Source: Tetramitus jugosus | Lineage: Eukaryota > Protista > Heterolobosea | Assembly: GCA_937625935.1 (NCBI GenBank) | Contig: OW569378.1 | Span: forward strand, 1 to 64,000 | Length of the DNA stretch: 64,000 nucleotides | Direction: 5' to 3' | Shown here: positions 43,397 to 55,342 of the stretch, one piece after another | Layout: every line of letters starts with the position of its first letter | Position numbering within the stretch: position 1 is the first letter of the stretch | The notes under the pieces: model-generated | Told to the model about the DNA's origin: nothing | The model's database searches: none | Seen by the model: the letters and a program-made list of their open reading frames with translations, nothing else | Translations under genes and position numbers: made by a program

Positions 43397-44797
43397 CTAG
43401 TTAACTGGCATCATCTTTCTGAAAAAGGCATCCTGCCATCGTCGAGGAAAGCAATTCATCAACTCGATGAGAATTTTCTGAGAGATAATGTTAACAGGTT
43501 CTGGAGATTGAACAAGCATGCACTTCAATACAGCTCTTGCAACCTCCTCTGGTGCAACTCCATCATCATACGGATGCTTACCATTGTCCCTCCACTCTGC
43601 AAGTACCTTGCGGGTGCGTTCTCCAAATTGAGGATACACACTTTTCAGCAATGCTTTATCTGTTTCGAGAATTGATTCCGCATATGTTGGTGGATCATCT
43701 TTCTGCGTTGACTTGCGATAATTGTCTCTCACCAGTGCGTGATTAACCGTCACTGCTTGTACTCCATGTGCGTGGTTCTCATTTCTAATAGAATCTGTGA
43801 TTCTTTGGATACTAGCTTTTGATGCATTGTCTACAACATAATAATCATCATTAGATCCTATTATCCTGACAAATGATAACTACATCAACAATACTACATA
43901 CATATTCCGAGAGGATTACCAGACAACAATCCAGATACAGAAGTCAACATGACGATTCGAGCATTACCTTTACCCAAAATGCGAGCTCCTTCACGCAACG
44001 AAGGTAAGAATGTGTCAACTGTGGCCAGAGGACCCATGACATTGACACGGAACACATTTTGAACAATATCCAGTGGTACTAGCTCAACTGGTCCTAAACC
44101 CTCATTCATGACTCCAACAGTCTCGGATCCAATCTTGACCAATGCACCCATAAATGTTCGACCGTGTTGATAGCTTATCCTATGAACAAAATTCCTGGCA
44201 AGCTTCAACGAACTAACATCATCACAATCTACAACAACTGATGAAACAAACTGTGCATTTTCGCGATTCTCTATGCACTCATCAACCTGTTTCACAAGTT
44301 CTTCATTGGATACACCACTATTACAACAAATGATCCACAACAATCATGTCAGCCAACCGACAAGCACAAAACAACAAAAATTTGAAAGCTCAACCATACA
44401 CTGCAACCACAAATCCTGCCTCAGAAAAGGCGCGAATACAAGCCTTTACAACGGCGGACAAACCACTGCTCGATCCATTTGCAATGAACACACTGCAAGC
44501 TTTTGGATCCACCACAATTTTTTCACTGTACAATTTCGCATAGAGAACATTGTACAAGTAACCAAACAAGATCATAAGAAGCAAAGACAATGAATATCCC
44601 TCCAAAATATTCAATTGAGTTCCCTCATGCATCCATGCCATCAAAAAATTGATCACAGGTATCAAAGTAAGCTGAACCAACGGTGTAAGAGCCAATTGGT
44701 GCAAAGTAGGAGCATACTGCTTCTGAAATAAAGAGCTATGATTACCCAGTAGCTCTGATAAAGATTTCCTCTGTTTTGTCACCGCCATGCTACTCAT
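43397..44797 (-). CDS. Membrane-anchored short-chain dehydrogenase/reductase (introns 44318-44399 and 43831-43901)
   Basis: GSSSGL, VNVMGP, TSVSG motifs. Splicing recreates the catalytic YNASK. Confidence 0.88.
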
Positions 44798-44880
44798 TTA
44801 CAACAACTTGTTTTCTTCCCCTTTTGATCTGTCGGATCAAACCAAACAAACAACAAGAATTTTTCTTGTTCAAGTAAAAA

Positions 44881-46353
44881 ATGGATCAACAGAAGCGAAG
44901 AGCAATCAAGGAAGTTGTGAATCAAGCTTGTACTCGCAATTTGAAGTCAAATTCGGTCGAAATTGATGCCAATTACTTGAAACAAATCAAAAAGTTGTGC
45001 AGAGAGTCAGATGACAATGTTGATTGTGCGTTTGAGCAACTTTGGGCACTCTTGAAGCACAAAAAGTCATCACAAGTTCGATTCTATGCCCTGTTGATCA
45101 CAAATGAGCTATTCAAGAGGTCAAAGAAATTTAGGTCACTTTTAAGTGACTTGTTTCAAGAGTTTATTGCCTATGTCGTCACAGGTGACGAAGAAACTGC
45201 AAAAGAGATGAAAAAATGGAAGAGAAACAAGTCAATTCGAGCTGTGACTGACTTGGATCCGATTCCAAGTCGTCGTAGTAGTCGAAACGCTGCCTCTTCT
45301 TCAAGTCGCAGCAATGTTGATGTGAATCAACAACAGCAAATGATTGTTTATGAGTTGCCACCTCCGAATCGGTTTGCTACACTGTTGAGAGATACGGCAT
45401 TGCAGTGTATTGAAGAATGGGAGGAAGAGTTTGGTGATCATTATAAGACAATTAAAATTGGTTATCAATATTTAAAGAAAGTGAAGAATATTCGGATGCC
45501 GAATCTGAGAGAACAAAGACAACGAGCTCAGAGAGAACGAGAAGAGAGAGAAGAGCATACGAGAACCATAAACCTATTAAAGTACGAGCGAGTGAAGAAA
45601 GAGTACGAGGAGAATATTATAGGAATTGGAATTTGTTTGAAGCAAATTGATATTTGTATTAAGTTAATTGTACCGGATTTTAATGACTTGTTTGGCGTAT
45701 CGACGCCGAATCAAGAAAGTGAACAAGAAGTAGTTTCGAGCTCTGTCGCGGAGAGAAGCAGTGGTACTGTTGAGAATGATGATGACGATGATGAATGGGA
45801 ATCTACTAACTTGGATCAACCAATGGAATCAATGAATCCATCCGACTTGCAAGATGTGTTGATTCCAAAGTTGGATAATATCAATGATGGAGAGGGTTTA
45901 TTCGATCCTGAATCAGTGAATCCAGATAATGAGTCACTGATTGACGATGGATACACAGATTTGAATGACTTTTTGGCTGTCACAGGATTAGGTTACTCAA
46001 ATTATGAGATTCAAGTGAGTAGTTCCTTCGATAGTCTCAAGAATGCCGATAACGAATCAGCATTTGGAATATTGAAGGAAGGTCTCTTAGAGTTACAGAA
46101 AAAGTGGTTCCCCATGATAAAGGAGTGGCTTTCTGTGCTAACAAAAGTACAACTGCCCGAGGATACCTCAACGACAGAGAAGCAAAAATTTGAACAAATG
46201 CTTCGTTTTGTGATCACACTCAAGGAACAATCAAAAGAAAGCATTAAGAAGTGTGAGGATTTGGAAGTGTACAGCCATGACAAAAAGAGAAAGAGAGTGG
46301 ATGAGGACAGCAACGACAGCCAAGACTCTAGTAAGCGTTCAAAGCAGAGTTAA
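44881..46353 (+). CDS. UVSSA: UVSSA-like protein (VHS-like N-terminal half)
   Basis: LKQIKKLCR.SD, VR..AL.I.NELF.RS..FR.LL, LPPP...A..LR..AL..IEEW...FG..Y...IGY.YL. Confidence 0.78.
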   Translation: MDQQKRRAIKEVVNQACTRNLKSNSVEIDANYLKQIKKLCRESDDNVDCAFEQLWALLKHKKSSQVRFYALLITNELFKRSKKFRSLLSDLFQEFIAYVVTGDEETAKEMKKWKRNKSIRAVTDLDPIPSRRSSRNAASSSSRSNVDVNQQQQMIVYELPPPNRFATLLRDTALQCIEEWEEEFGDHYKTIKIGYQYLKKVKNIRMPNLREQRQRAQREREEREEHTRTINLLKYERVKKEYEENIIGIGICLKQIDICIKLIVPDFNDLFGVSTPNQESEQEVVSSSVAERSSGTVENDDDDDEWESTNLDQPMESMNPSDLQDVLIPKLDNINDGEGLFDPESVNPDNESLIDDGYTDLNDFLAVTGLGYSNYEIQVSSSFDSLKNADNESAFGILKEGLLELQKKWFPMIKEWLSVLTKVQLPEDTSTTEKQKFEQMLRFVITLKEQSKESIKKCEDLEVYSHDKKRKRVDEDSNDSQDSSKRSKQS

Positions 46354-46364
46354 TACGTTTTATA

Positions 46365-48374
46365 TTAGAGTAGTTTTCGTGTTAACGCATCATCTGACCT
46401 CCTGATCATGTGTTCCCAGAATAATTGATACTGATGTGTTTTGGTACCCTTTGGTTGTAGCTCGAAATAAAGAGCATGAAGGAGATATGGTGCCAATATA
46501 AATGGAATTCCACTTCTGACAGCTAATATTTGAAGGAACGCTATCAAGGATGAGTGAATGATAGAAATTGGAGGCACCTTGATCGATAAATCATTTGGAT
46601 TTTGATGGAACTTTTCGTGAGCACTCTTCACACTACGGTCCTTAATTTCATCTCTGAGAATAAAAGTACTGCCCAGTAATGTCGACACCATAGTAGATTT
46701 ACCTATGAGGGAATAATTTGGTGCGAGTGGCAGTTTCTTTAAGCGAATACGCAAAGCTGCCCATGCAAATGATGTACCGGCGATAAACATCACCTTGTAT
46801 ATATTGTCCAATATGGCTTCATTGCGCTCCTTCTCAACTAAAAACTTTTGTTGCTTTAGTTTTCCCTGAGACAAAAACACACCAAACGATGAATACATTT
46901 TGGTTTTCTTGTCCTTGCTCTTGCTGAACACATCCTCCAACAGATTTGTATAGGGCAGGAATTGAGTCTGAGACAACAATTCCCTCATATTCTCATTACA
47001 AAACATTCTTGTCATCATGTAGGCCGCCGTATAGAGAGACAAGTTATTATCTGATTCGACCATGAACCGGAACGTTGTGACCCATTCGACCAACTTGTCA
47101 TGAGTCGAGTACCGATCTGCCAAATTGCACAACACATCCGCTGCCAACTGCCTCAACGAATTGGACTGACAACGAAGCAACGTATTGAAAAAAGGACCCA
47201 CCATCTTATGATCCACAATTCGCTCTGCATAATCCTCGCGCAACAATATTAATCGATTCAAAATGGTCATGACATTAAAGTGCATTCGCTCGAGATCAAA
47301 CCTCACATGTGCGCTCGTGTCTTCACTGCCTGGACTCTCCCTCAAAATAGTCTTTGCATTCAAATTCAACAGAATGCAACTTCGCAATACATCATACGCC
47401 ACCACTTTTTCCAACGTGGACAATGACGTATCATTCGATCGATCCAATTGCGCCAATGGCAACGCACCACATACACTTTTACCACCAACACTCACACTAC
47501 TCTTACTATGATCACCCTTACTACCCATAATCATACTCATCTTACTTGTGAAACCATTGGCCATACTAACAAATTCCTCATCAGACAACAATGACATTTT
47601 CTCTGTTAAATGACTCATATTGCGTATCAATCCTCTGTACTGCTGCACCAAATATTCCATTTCATTCTTCATCTCAATCGATTGATCACTATTTGTTTTG
47701 ATGCCTGATCCAAATGGTAAATCATTGTTCATGAGTTCGAACCCCAGATTCGAAATTTGCTTCTCCAGTGATTGAGCCTCTTGGTTCATTAGACACAACT
47801 CTTCCAACAATTGAATCATTGTTTGACTCGCATCACAACATGACAAAATTTGTTCATTTTCACCAGCACCAGTACCACCACCATCAATCAAAGTACTACC
47901 ACTCGCAGAACTATTGTTTTTTACATCAATGGTCATATGTAAATAGGAGGAATCTTGATTGTTCTGAGCATCCCAAGTCTTCTTCTTCTTGTACAATTGG
48001 AACGCAGGTACAAGTGCAATCAGTAGTAAGCTACTGAGCCATACACTACGAATTTTGTTGTTGTTGTTGTTTTTATGGTTGTTGTACTGATTTTTCTTCT
48101 TGTTTTGAGTATAGGTGGAAAAATGATCATCAGAATCATCAGAATGATTGGTTGGTTGTTGAAAGAGTGGTTGTTCAGAAGCGACACGATCAAGTATGGA
48201 GATGCGCTTGCGTGCTTGTTTTGATTGTTTTGGTTGTTGTTGTTGTTGTGTTGTAGTTGTGGAGAAGAAGCTCAAGGAGGAAGGAGAAAGAAGATGATTG
48301 TGGGAGTGAGCACGATGGTGGATGTGACCTCTTGCTGTGATCGTGGTGGTAGGATTGATCAAGAATCGCTTCAT
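46365..48374 (-). CDS. Hypothetical protein, mitochondrial presequence-like, with TM and ARM-like segments
   Basis: 669-aa ORF. Confidence 0.75.
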   Translation of the reverse strand: MKRFLINPTTTITARGHIHHRAHSHNHLLSPSSLSFFSTTTTQQQQQPKQSKQARKRISILDRVASEQPLFQQPTNHSDDSDDHFSTYTQNKKKNQYNNHKNNNNNKIRSVWLSSLLLIALVPAFQLYKKKKTWDAQNNQDSSYLHMTIDVKNNSSASGSTLIDGGGTGAGENEQILSCCDASQTMIQLLEELCLMNQEAQSLEKQISNLGFELMNNDLPFGSGIKTNSDQSIEMKNEMEYLVQQYRGLIRNMSHLTEKMSLLSDEEFVSMANGFTSKMSMIMGSKGDHSKSSVSVGGKSVCGALPLAQLDRSNDTSLSTLEKVVAYDVLRSCILLNLNAKTILRESPGSEDTSAHVRFDLERMHFNVMTILNRLILLREDYAERIVDHKMVGPFFNTLLRCQSNSLRQLAADVLCNLADRYSTHDKLVEWVTTFRFMVESDNNLSLYTAAYMMTRMFCNENMRELLSQTQFLPYTNLLEDVFSKSKDKKTKMYSSFGVFLSQGKLKQQKFLVEKERNEAILDNIYKVMFIAGTSFAWAALRIRLKKLPLAPNYSLIGKSTMVSTLLGSTFILRDEIKDRSVKSAHEKFHQNPNDLSIKVPPISIIHSSLIAFLQILAVRSGIPFILAPYLLHALYFELQPKGTKTHQYQLFWEHMIRRSDDALTRKLL

Positions 48375-48525
48375 TGTTGCTCGACGTCGCTTTTTTGTTG
48401 ATCAGAGATCAAGTCCTATGTGTTTTGTTTTACCGCGACAAGCAAAGTGCTCCAATTTCTTTTTAAAAAGTTACTTTTGTTTTTATGTAAATGTGTGGAT
48501 TGCTTGTGTGTGCCAATGTGTTGTT

Positions 48526-49028
48526 TTACTTTGCTCGTTCATACTCCAAGTTGATATTCTTGCCAAACTTGGCATACAATTGTGCCTTCAGTTCCTTCAT
48601 CTTACCAGTCACCAATTCATATTCACTATCAAGCTTGTTGAGAGCGTCCTTGGTGCGTCTTCTCTCTCTTTCCAACATTTCTTCACCTGCGTCACTGTCT
48701 TGAACATCAACAAACACTTCACCGACTGTGAATTTGATGTCATCAGAGATGATAATCTCATCAGCAGCATCATTGATCTTGTTGATTTCTTCCTTTAGCT
48801 CTGCCATCTCATCTTCAATTTCTTCCTTTCTAATGTTTAATCGTCCAAATGTGTTGATTTTTTGTTGATCTTCCCAAGTGACATCGACTTCAGCTTCTTC
48901 TGCTGTCAAACCAGACTAAATTTTTTTTTATGAAGAACGGAATGTGATAAATGAGCATGTTGCTACGAGGTCCCAACAAGGAAAAAAAAAAGATGTGCAC
49001 AACAACATACTCTGCTTGCTAACGACAT
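48526..49028 (-). CDS. PFDN4: Prefoldin subunit 4 (intron 48916-49010)
   Basis: VTWEDQQKINTF.RLN and LYAKFGKNINLE. A GTATGT...TTTAG intron supplies an in-frame ATG exon. Confidence 0.95.
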
Positions 49029-49388
49029 GATTAATGATGATACAAGAAATGTTTGTTGTGTTTTCGGTGATTCGGCGATTGAGAAAAAAAAGCGGGAAAG
49101 AAAATTCGAGCGAAAAACCAAAGTAGAACAAAACGTTGTAACATGCACGGTGAAGCTCGTTCAAGGACTTGAAATCTACAGCAGTGACTGGATGCCCACG
49201 GAATTCCATAAAACTTGAAATCATATTTGGGCATGCCAGAAAGGACAAATGGGCTATTCATAAAACTAAAAGGAATTCCTTCCCTCTGCTGCGAAATCCC
49301 AAAAGATTTTACAACTAAGTTTTGGGTTTCCCATGGGATAAAGAGAAAACAACAATACAAAGGATTTTTTCAAAGAGAAACAACAAGT

Positions 49389-50579
49389 ATGAAATTTACC
49401 TCGAGATCTAACAAGAAATTTTCGGGCAATGATGGTTCAGTTGATAAGCCTGCCGCTGAAAAGAACAATCCATACTTGGATCATGTGTCCAAACTTGAAC
49501 AAGAGCTAAGAGATTATGTCATGAAGAAAAAGACTCTTGAAGTACAGTTGAGTGTAACATCTGATGATCTGACTCGAGTATCGGATGCTACTCCTTCCTC
49601 TAAAGAGATGAATGAATTGGATGAGTTGGAGCATGCAGAAAAGATGGTTGGTTTCTTGCAATTGGAACTTGAAAATGCAACAAATCTGGCTACAATTGAC
49701 AAAAAAGAAACAGTTCAATTACAATTCCTTGAAAAACAAATGGAACTCTTGAAGAGGACTCGGAAAAAGATTGCCACAGGAAAGTCTCTCATCGACAACA
49801 TTCACTTGATAAAAGAGTTGTCAGATGATCTGGAAAAGGTAAAGAATGAAAATGAAGCAATGAAGCAGAAGGTAAAGCTGGGTGAGATGTTTGAACAAGA
49901 ATATAGGATGATGGAAACCAACGTCCTGAAGCACAAGAAGAAGATTGCAGAACAAGACACTAGAATTGCCTCACTCGAACAACAAAATTTGAACCTTTCT
50001 TACTCCATGAAACAACAACAATCCAGTGATAGTTGTTTAAGAATTGCACAGCTAGTTGGGACCATGGAGCAGTTACAGAAGGAAGCAAATATCGAGCGTC
50101 AGACAAGGAAGGAAATGGAGGTTCTGTATGAGAAATTAGCTCTCATGTACAAGCAGTTGAAAAAGAGAGTGGAATTACCACCACCTACAGAGAGCAGCAT
50201 TGGCCATGAAAAGGATGAAGTTATTCGAACATTAAGAGCTAAAATCTCACTCCTTGAAGATATGAGATTCCAAAATGAGTTGGAGATGGAATATCGGTCA
50301 ACCAATAGTGCAATTTATCCTTCCGTTCTCTCCAATGCTCAGAATTCACAGTCTCATGACTGTCTCTCAAGTGCTCCACCTCCACCACCTGCGATGATGA
50401 TGAACACTCAACCTAAGAAATCCCCCAGCATGACAGTCATTAGAAAGTCAGTGACAATGAAACCAGCCAGCAAAAACGACAATGAGCCCTCACTAAAGGA
50501 CCTAATCATGAAAACAAAGCAATCCCTAAGAAGCACAGGCATCAGTTTGACAGAAGAGAATCAATCATCAACAGAGTGA
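49389..50579 (+). CDS. Coiled-coil protein with polyproline and a WH2-like C-terminus
   Basis: Long heptad region, APPPPPA, LKDLIMKTKQSLRSTG. Confidence 0.75.
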   Translation: MKFTSRSNKKFSGNDGSVDKPAAEKNNPYLDHVSKLEQELRDYVMKKKTLEVQLSVTSDDLTRVSDATPSSKEMNELDELEHAEKMVGFLQLELENATNLATIDKKETVQLQFLEKQMELLKRTRKKIATGKSLIDNIHLIKELSDDLEKVKNENEAMKQKVKLGEMFEQEYRMMETNVLKHKKKIAEQDTRIASLEQQNLNLSYSMKQQQSSDSCLRIAQLVGTMEQLQKEANIERQTRKEMEVLYEKLALMYKQLKKRVELPPPTESSIGHEKDEVIRTLRAKISLLEDMRFQNELEMEYRSTNSAIYPSVLSNAQNSQSHDCLSSAPPPPPAMMMNTQPKKSPSMTVIRKSVTMKPASKNDNEPSLKDLIMKTKQSLRSTGISLTEENQSSTE

Positions 50580-50807
50580 ATCTGGCACTGAAATGCAAGA
50601 ACAAGAAACTCCTACTCTAAAAATACAACCTTCCAAATTTCCTTCAGCTTCTTTTCTGCAGCGGCAGTGTCAAAAATACCTTTTTGTGCTGTTCTGCTGT
50701 TGTTCAAAAACACCTTGATTCCAAAAAACAAATCATCTGCATCAAGATAAAAAACACCTTATCGAATAATACACAACCCCCACATCCCAACAACAAAAAT
50801 CATCATC

Positions 50808-53800
50808 ATGATGCAACCAGACGAAGACGACGATTTTTTTCAACCAATAACGAAAAATACCAATCAGTCGTCCAAAAAAAAGAATGGAAAAAAGAAGAAC
50901 AGCACTCATCAACAAAATTTCAACACTTTTGCAATCTTATCCAACCTTGACTCATCCATCACAAGTAATTCTGCTGCTTGTTCACCTCCATCATCACCAC
51001 TCGCTGACAACAACTATAGTCAAAATGATAATGACGATGAGAATCCAATGACAAAATCTCTACTTTCTTCATTCATTATTGAAGATTATCAAAATAAGAA
51101 GACTGTTAATCACAACAACAATAAGAATTCAAGCAGTCGGAGTAATTCTTCTTCCATACAACAACAACAACAACAGGAATTGGAATATCAATCAGAGTTG
51201 AGTGATAGTTCACCAGAGAATGACTCAACAACCTATCATTCCATTGCCAATGAATCAACACGTGATTCATTAGCTTCTTCACCTGTTTCTCTCTCTTCAC
51301 CACCTCACAATGATGACAATGATGACAATGATGATGAGGAGTATGTGGTGGAAGAAGAACAACAACATCAACAACCCATGACTACTCAGAAGGAGAATAT
51401 CGATGATGAACAAGAACAAGATTTTATCAACCAACAACAACAACAACAACAACAACAAGAAGAAGAAGAAGTAGGAGAGTTGGTCAATCCGTTCCTATCG
51501 GATAACGATGAAGATGATGACCAAGAGGTAAACAATCAACAGTCTTCTTCGTCGTCCTATGCTCCAATGTACTCTCCTCTGTCATCTCTCATGTCAGCAG
51601 AACAGCAACAGCAGCAAGAGCAACAGAATGTAAATGAAGATCATGAAGAAGAAGATCGTGTGAGTGATCATGGTCATGTAGAATATGAAAGTGAGGTAAT
51701 AATGCCAGTGTACTATAATAATAATGATAACAACAGTGACAATGAGAGAGATGAAGTGGATTACAATGAAGATGAGGAGAATGATGCCTATTTCAAGCAA
51801 GAGAATGATTATTCTCAAGATATTCAAGAGTATCAACCAAATCTCGCTTTGCATTCCATTGCATTGAATGAAGAAAGTCATCGCCATGAAGAACAACACC
51901 AGGAGCAAGAAGAAGAAGAGGAGATTCAAGTTCCTGCTGTTTCTCCATCATCCAATCAGAAGAGGGATCAATCACGGCAAGCAGTTCTTGATCAAAATGA
52001 GAATGAGATAGAACAGTTGTTGTCACAGGAAGAGCAAGAGTTGATCAACAATAATGAACAAGCAAAACCATCAACAGCGCCACAAGAGTATCCTATCGTC
52101 AAGAATCAAACCACTCTGTATCCAACTCTCATGTCAGGAGCAACTCCAAAGAGAGCCAACACTCTCTATGAAATGAAGGCCCTTACTCACAAGGTTGTGG
52201 ACCGTGATGGCGTTCCATTGGATCACGAGTGTTTCAAAGGACAATGGACCGATCAAGAATACTTTCGACAATTGTCGTACAAACCAACAGAGTACACGTT
52301 CTTGATTGATGGATCAACGGGTGTTGCGACTTCGGGTCAATCCGGCAGTGATGGTGCTACAGGAAAGGCAGGTATGAGTGGGCGACGCGGTGGTTATGCT
52401 GAGAATGGTGAATCAGGCTCTGACGGAGAAGATGGATCCGATGGACTCAATGGTGCCAATGGCAAGCATGGAGTCAACGCATATCCCATTTACGTTCGTG
52501 TCGATGGTGATGAACAACAGTTGAGTTTGTCTGGTTCCTATCATGGAATGATACCTCTAGGGAATCCTAATCCTGATCAAGTTGGAAATCCATCTCTCGT
52601 ATATATCGATGCCTGTGGTGGAGATGGTGGACAAGGTGGCAACGGAGGTCGTGGAGGTAATGGAGGAAACGGAGGCAACGGTGGTCCAGGTGGTGAACCA
52701 GAGAGTCATGTGAGTGCCAATGGAAATGAAATGATTGGTGGTAGAGGAGGTGACGGAGGCAGTGGTGGTAACGGTGGTAATGGAGGTCATGGTGGCAATG
52801 GCGGAAACGGTGGCAAAGGTGGCAGTATTCTGATTGAAGCGACAAAGAGCGAGTTGTTCATGTTCATGGAAGTGAATGTCTTGGGTGGAAAGAGTGGAAA
52901 GGGTGGAGAAGGTGGCAAAGGTGGAGTGGGAGGTAAGGGTGGTTCAGCTGGTCACGGTTTTCTCACCTACGAGGATAAGATGAAGGGAGTCGATGGTCGA
53001 ATGGGAACCTCGGGCACGGAAGGACTAAATGGACGATCAGGTGTCGAAGGTGCGCCTGGTAACGTGTACTATGTCGTCCTAAATCCTGATTTATCCGTCA
53101 AGGAACAGGGATATAAGAAGTACACTGTCAAGGTTGTCAGTTACAATGTCAGAGGAGTGGATGATGATGGTATCTTTGAGCCAAATGATGAAATTATGAT
53201 CACTGATATTGTATTGGAGAATGATGGTCATATTACATTGCCAAAGGGATGCAAGTTATCGTTGACTCGAAATGACATGTTCACTCCTATTGAAAGTGGA
53301 GATTTGCTACCTGAAATTCCACCAAACTCTCGAATCACTGTCGGTTTCAACCTAAGAGGCAGAATCAATAGTGTTCCCACTCCAACAGCACCTGGTCGCT
53401 ACAATCAAAAGCTCGAGATTTGTACCAAATGTCATTTGCTCGGCAAGGAGTTTAGGGATTCGACATATGGAAAGAACATTGATGTCACTTATCCGATTCA
53501 GTTAGGAAGAGCCACTCATCCAAAGGCAATGGCACCGGGTGATGTTGCTACATTCAAGATTGAAGTTGCAAACATATCTACTGTGTACTATGGCACGAAA
53601 TCAGATGGTGGACAACCCATTGACTACAAGGTAACATTTGACGAACGCTTCCAACTGTTGAATCACGATCAAAAGAATTCAATGGAGGGATCCATTGAGA
53701 AACTAGCTCCTGGCAGTGCCAAAACAATTGAGTTCTCTGTTAAACTACTCAATAGTGCTGCTTTCTATGAACAGCTAACTTGGAAAGTAGAGTTAAGGTT

Positions 53801-55211
53801 CAGGGACACATTGATCGAGTTTTCAGAGATCCCTCTCAGAGTTTGTCCAAGATTCAACACTCAAGAAGCATCCAGCTCCGATTTACTGCTGATCACACAT
53901 TCAATGATTACTCAGAGAGAATACTTGTTGTACAATAAGATATTTGAAGGATTAGGATTGAAAGCATCCTTCTTTGACTCTGAAATGTACAATGGCATTA
54001 GTGTGAATAGTATCACCAACAAACCCAATGAATGGGTTGGCAAGTTTGTAGGCAAACCAATTTTGCTCCCACTCAAGAACTTGAATGATATCTCCTTGCT
54101 CCATGGTGGCGATATAGTGTCTCATTTCCATGGAAATACAAATGACAACGAAGACAGAAACGAATCAGGATTTGTAATCATTGGAGTGTCTAAGAACATT
54201 TCTCAATTCAGAGAAAACATGAAACAACATTTGTTTGATAGCATGGGATCCGGTGCTGGTGTCTACGAAATTTCTGAAAAGAAACTGAGTGACTACTTTA
54301 TTATGACTGCTCCTACGGTGGAAACTATGAATTTATGTTTGAATAAGACAGTAGAGGATTACACGAAGAAGCAGCCATCTCAAGTGTTCAAAGCTTACAA
54401 GACTGAGTTTGCTCCTAGAAAGTTGAATATGTTCAACCTTTACACTCACGGTAAAGGAGTTCTCAAGCAGTTGCCACTGAACAAAATTCATCGATTCCAA
54501 TTGGTGACAAATGGCGATGAAACCTTGGAACACAATCCACTGTTTTTGTCAACATCTCGGACTTCGACTGACGATGACAATACATTCAGAGATTCACTGA
54601 ATCGCTCCGACTTTTACACAGAAGAGAGATTCTTTGAGGTATTGTTGGCCATTATCTCATCTCTCTCAATCACAAAGAAGATGCACATGTTAATGGATGA
54701 TCACCAACAATATATGAAGTGCAAAGACTGGAACTTTATTGTTGATGAGACATATGCAGGAAGGAGGAACTCTTCATCAAGACAAATGACATCTAGTCAT
54801 AAGAGGATAACCATCAACGATCTCTTGGCTGTTAGCTTGTATAACGACTTGAAGACTGAATACTTCTATCCAGATTTGGGACTGAGAAGAGCAATTCTCT
54901 TCTGTCAGATTGCCAAAGCCAACGCATCAAAACTTAGAACCATGAATGAAGCTTTGTACACAATCTGGTTGGTCATGTCCAGAATGGTCAGTCACACATT
55001 CTGGAGATCACTTCCCTATTTTTCAAGCTTGAGCGACAAGAGAAACAGCCTTATTGCACTCAGAGCTGAATTGGAGAAGGTTCTCTTTGATAATTCTTCA
55101 GTGACCAATGTGTCCTTGGAGATGAAGAGAAGAGCAGAGAGCGATGCTGAAAACAAGGACCGTTTGAAGATGGAGGATTTACAAAAAGTCACTGTGTCAC
55201 TCCTTCAATAA
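50808..55211 (+). CDS. Large protein with acidic low-complexity N-terminus, Gly-X-Y repeats and Ig-like C-terminal region
   Basis: 1467-aa ORF with several GxxGxx tracts at ~52330-53060. Confidence 0.85.
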   Translation: MMQPDEDDDFFQPITKNTNQSSKKKNGKKKNSTHQQNFNTFAILSNLDSSITSNSAACSPPSSPLADNNYSQNDNDDENPMTKSLLSSFIIEDYQNKKTVNHNNNKNSSSRSNSSSIQQQQQQELEYQSELSDSSPENDSTTYHSIANESTRDSLASSPVSLSSPPHNDDNDDNDDEEYVVEEEQQHQQPMTTQKENIDDEQEQDFINQQQQQQQQQEEEEVGELVNPFLSDNDEDDDQEVNNQQSSSSSYAPMYSPLSSLMSAEQQQQQEQQNVNEDHEEEDRVSDHGHVEYESEVIMPVYYNNNDNNSDNERDEVDYNEDEENDAYFKQENDYSQDIQEYQPNLALHSIALNEESHRHEEQHQEQEEEEEIQVPAVSPSSNQKRDQSRQAVLDQNENEIEQLLSQEEQELINNNEQAKPSTAPQEYPIVKNQTTLYPTLMSGATPKRANTLYEMKALTHKVVDRDGVPLDHECFKGQWTDQEYFRQLSYKPTEYTFLIDGSTGVATSGQSGSDGATGKAGMSGRRGGYAENGESGSDGEDGSDGLNGANGKHGVNAYPIYVRVDGDEQQLSLSGSYHGMIPLGNPNPDQVGNPSLVYIDACGGDGGQGGNGGRGGNGGNGGNGGPGGEPESHVSANGNEMIGGRGGDGGSGGNGGNGGHGGNGGNGGKGGSILIEATKSELFMFMEVNVLGGKSGKGGEGGKGGVGGKGGSAGHGFLTYEDKMKGVDGRMGTSGTEGLNGRSGVEGAPGNVYYVVLNPDLSVKEQGYKKYTVKVVSYNVRGVDDDGIFEPNDEIMITDIVLENDGHITLPKGCKLSLTRNDMFTPIESGDLLPEIPPNSRITVGFNLRGRINSVPTPTAPGRYNQKLEICTKCHLLGKEFRDSTYGKNIDVTYPIQLGRATHPKAMAPGDVATFKIEVANISTVYYGTKSDGGQPIDYKVTFDERFQLLNHDQKNSMEGSIEKLAPGSAKTIEFSVKLLNSAAFYEQLTWKVELRFRDTLIEFSEIPLRVCPRFNTQEASSSDLLLITHSMITQREYLLYNKIFEGLGLKASFFDSEMYNGISVNSITNKPNEWVGKFVGKPILLPLKNLNDISLLHGGDIVSHFHGNTNDNEDRNESGFVIIGVSKNISQFRENMKQHLFDSMGSGAGVYEISEKKLSDYFIMTAPTVETMNLCLNKTVEDYTKKQPSQVFKAYKTEFAPRKLNMFNLYTHGKGVLKQLPLNKIHRFQLVTNGDETLEHNPLFLSTSRTSTDDDNTFRDSLNRSDFYTEERFFEVLLAIISSLSITKKMHMLMDDHQQYMKCKDWNFIVDETYAGRRNSSSRQMTSSHKRITINDLLAVSLYNDLKTEYFYPDLGLRRAILFCQIAKANASKLRTMNEALYTIWLVMSRMVSHTFWRSLPYFSSLSDKRNSLIALRAELEKVLFDNSSVTNVSLEMKRRAESDAENKDRLKMEDLQKVTVSLLQ

Positions 55212-55342
55212 AAGTTCATACAACATAACCGACTTTTATGAGAATCAGTAAGCAATTGTAGTTTTTATTTGTATTTCTGTTAATCAGCCATGTTACGCTT
55301 TATGAAATCACATTTCATTGATTGAATTTGCTTTTGCCCTTG

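Noticed and set aside
51100-51920. CAA/GAA/GAT microsatellite-like tracts
   Set aside because: They encode poly-Q/E/D/N low-complexity protein and are not independent repeats.
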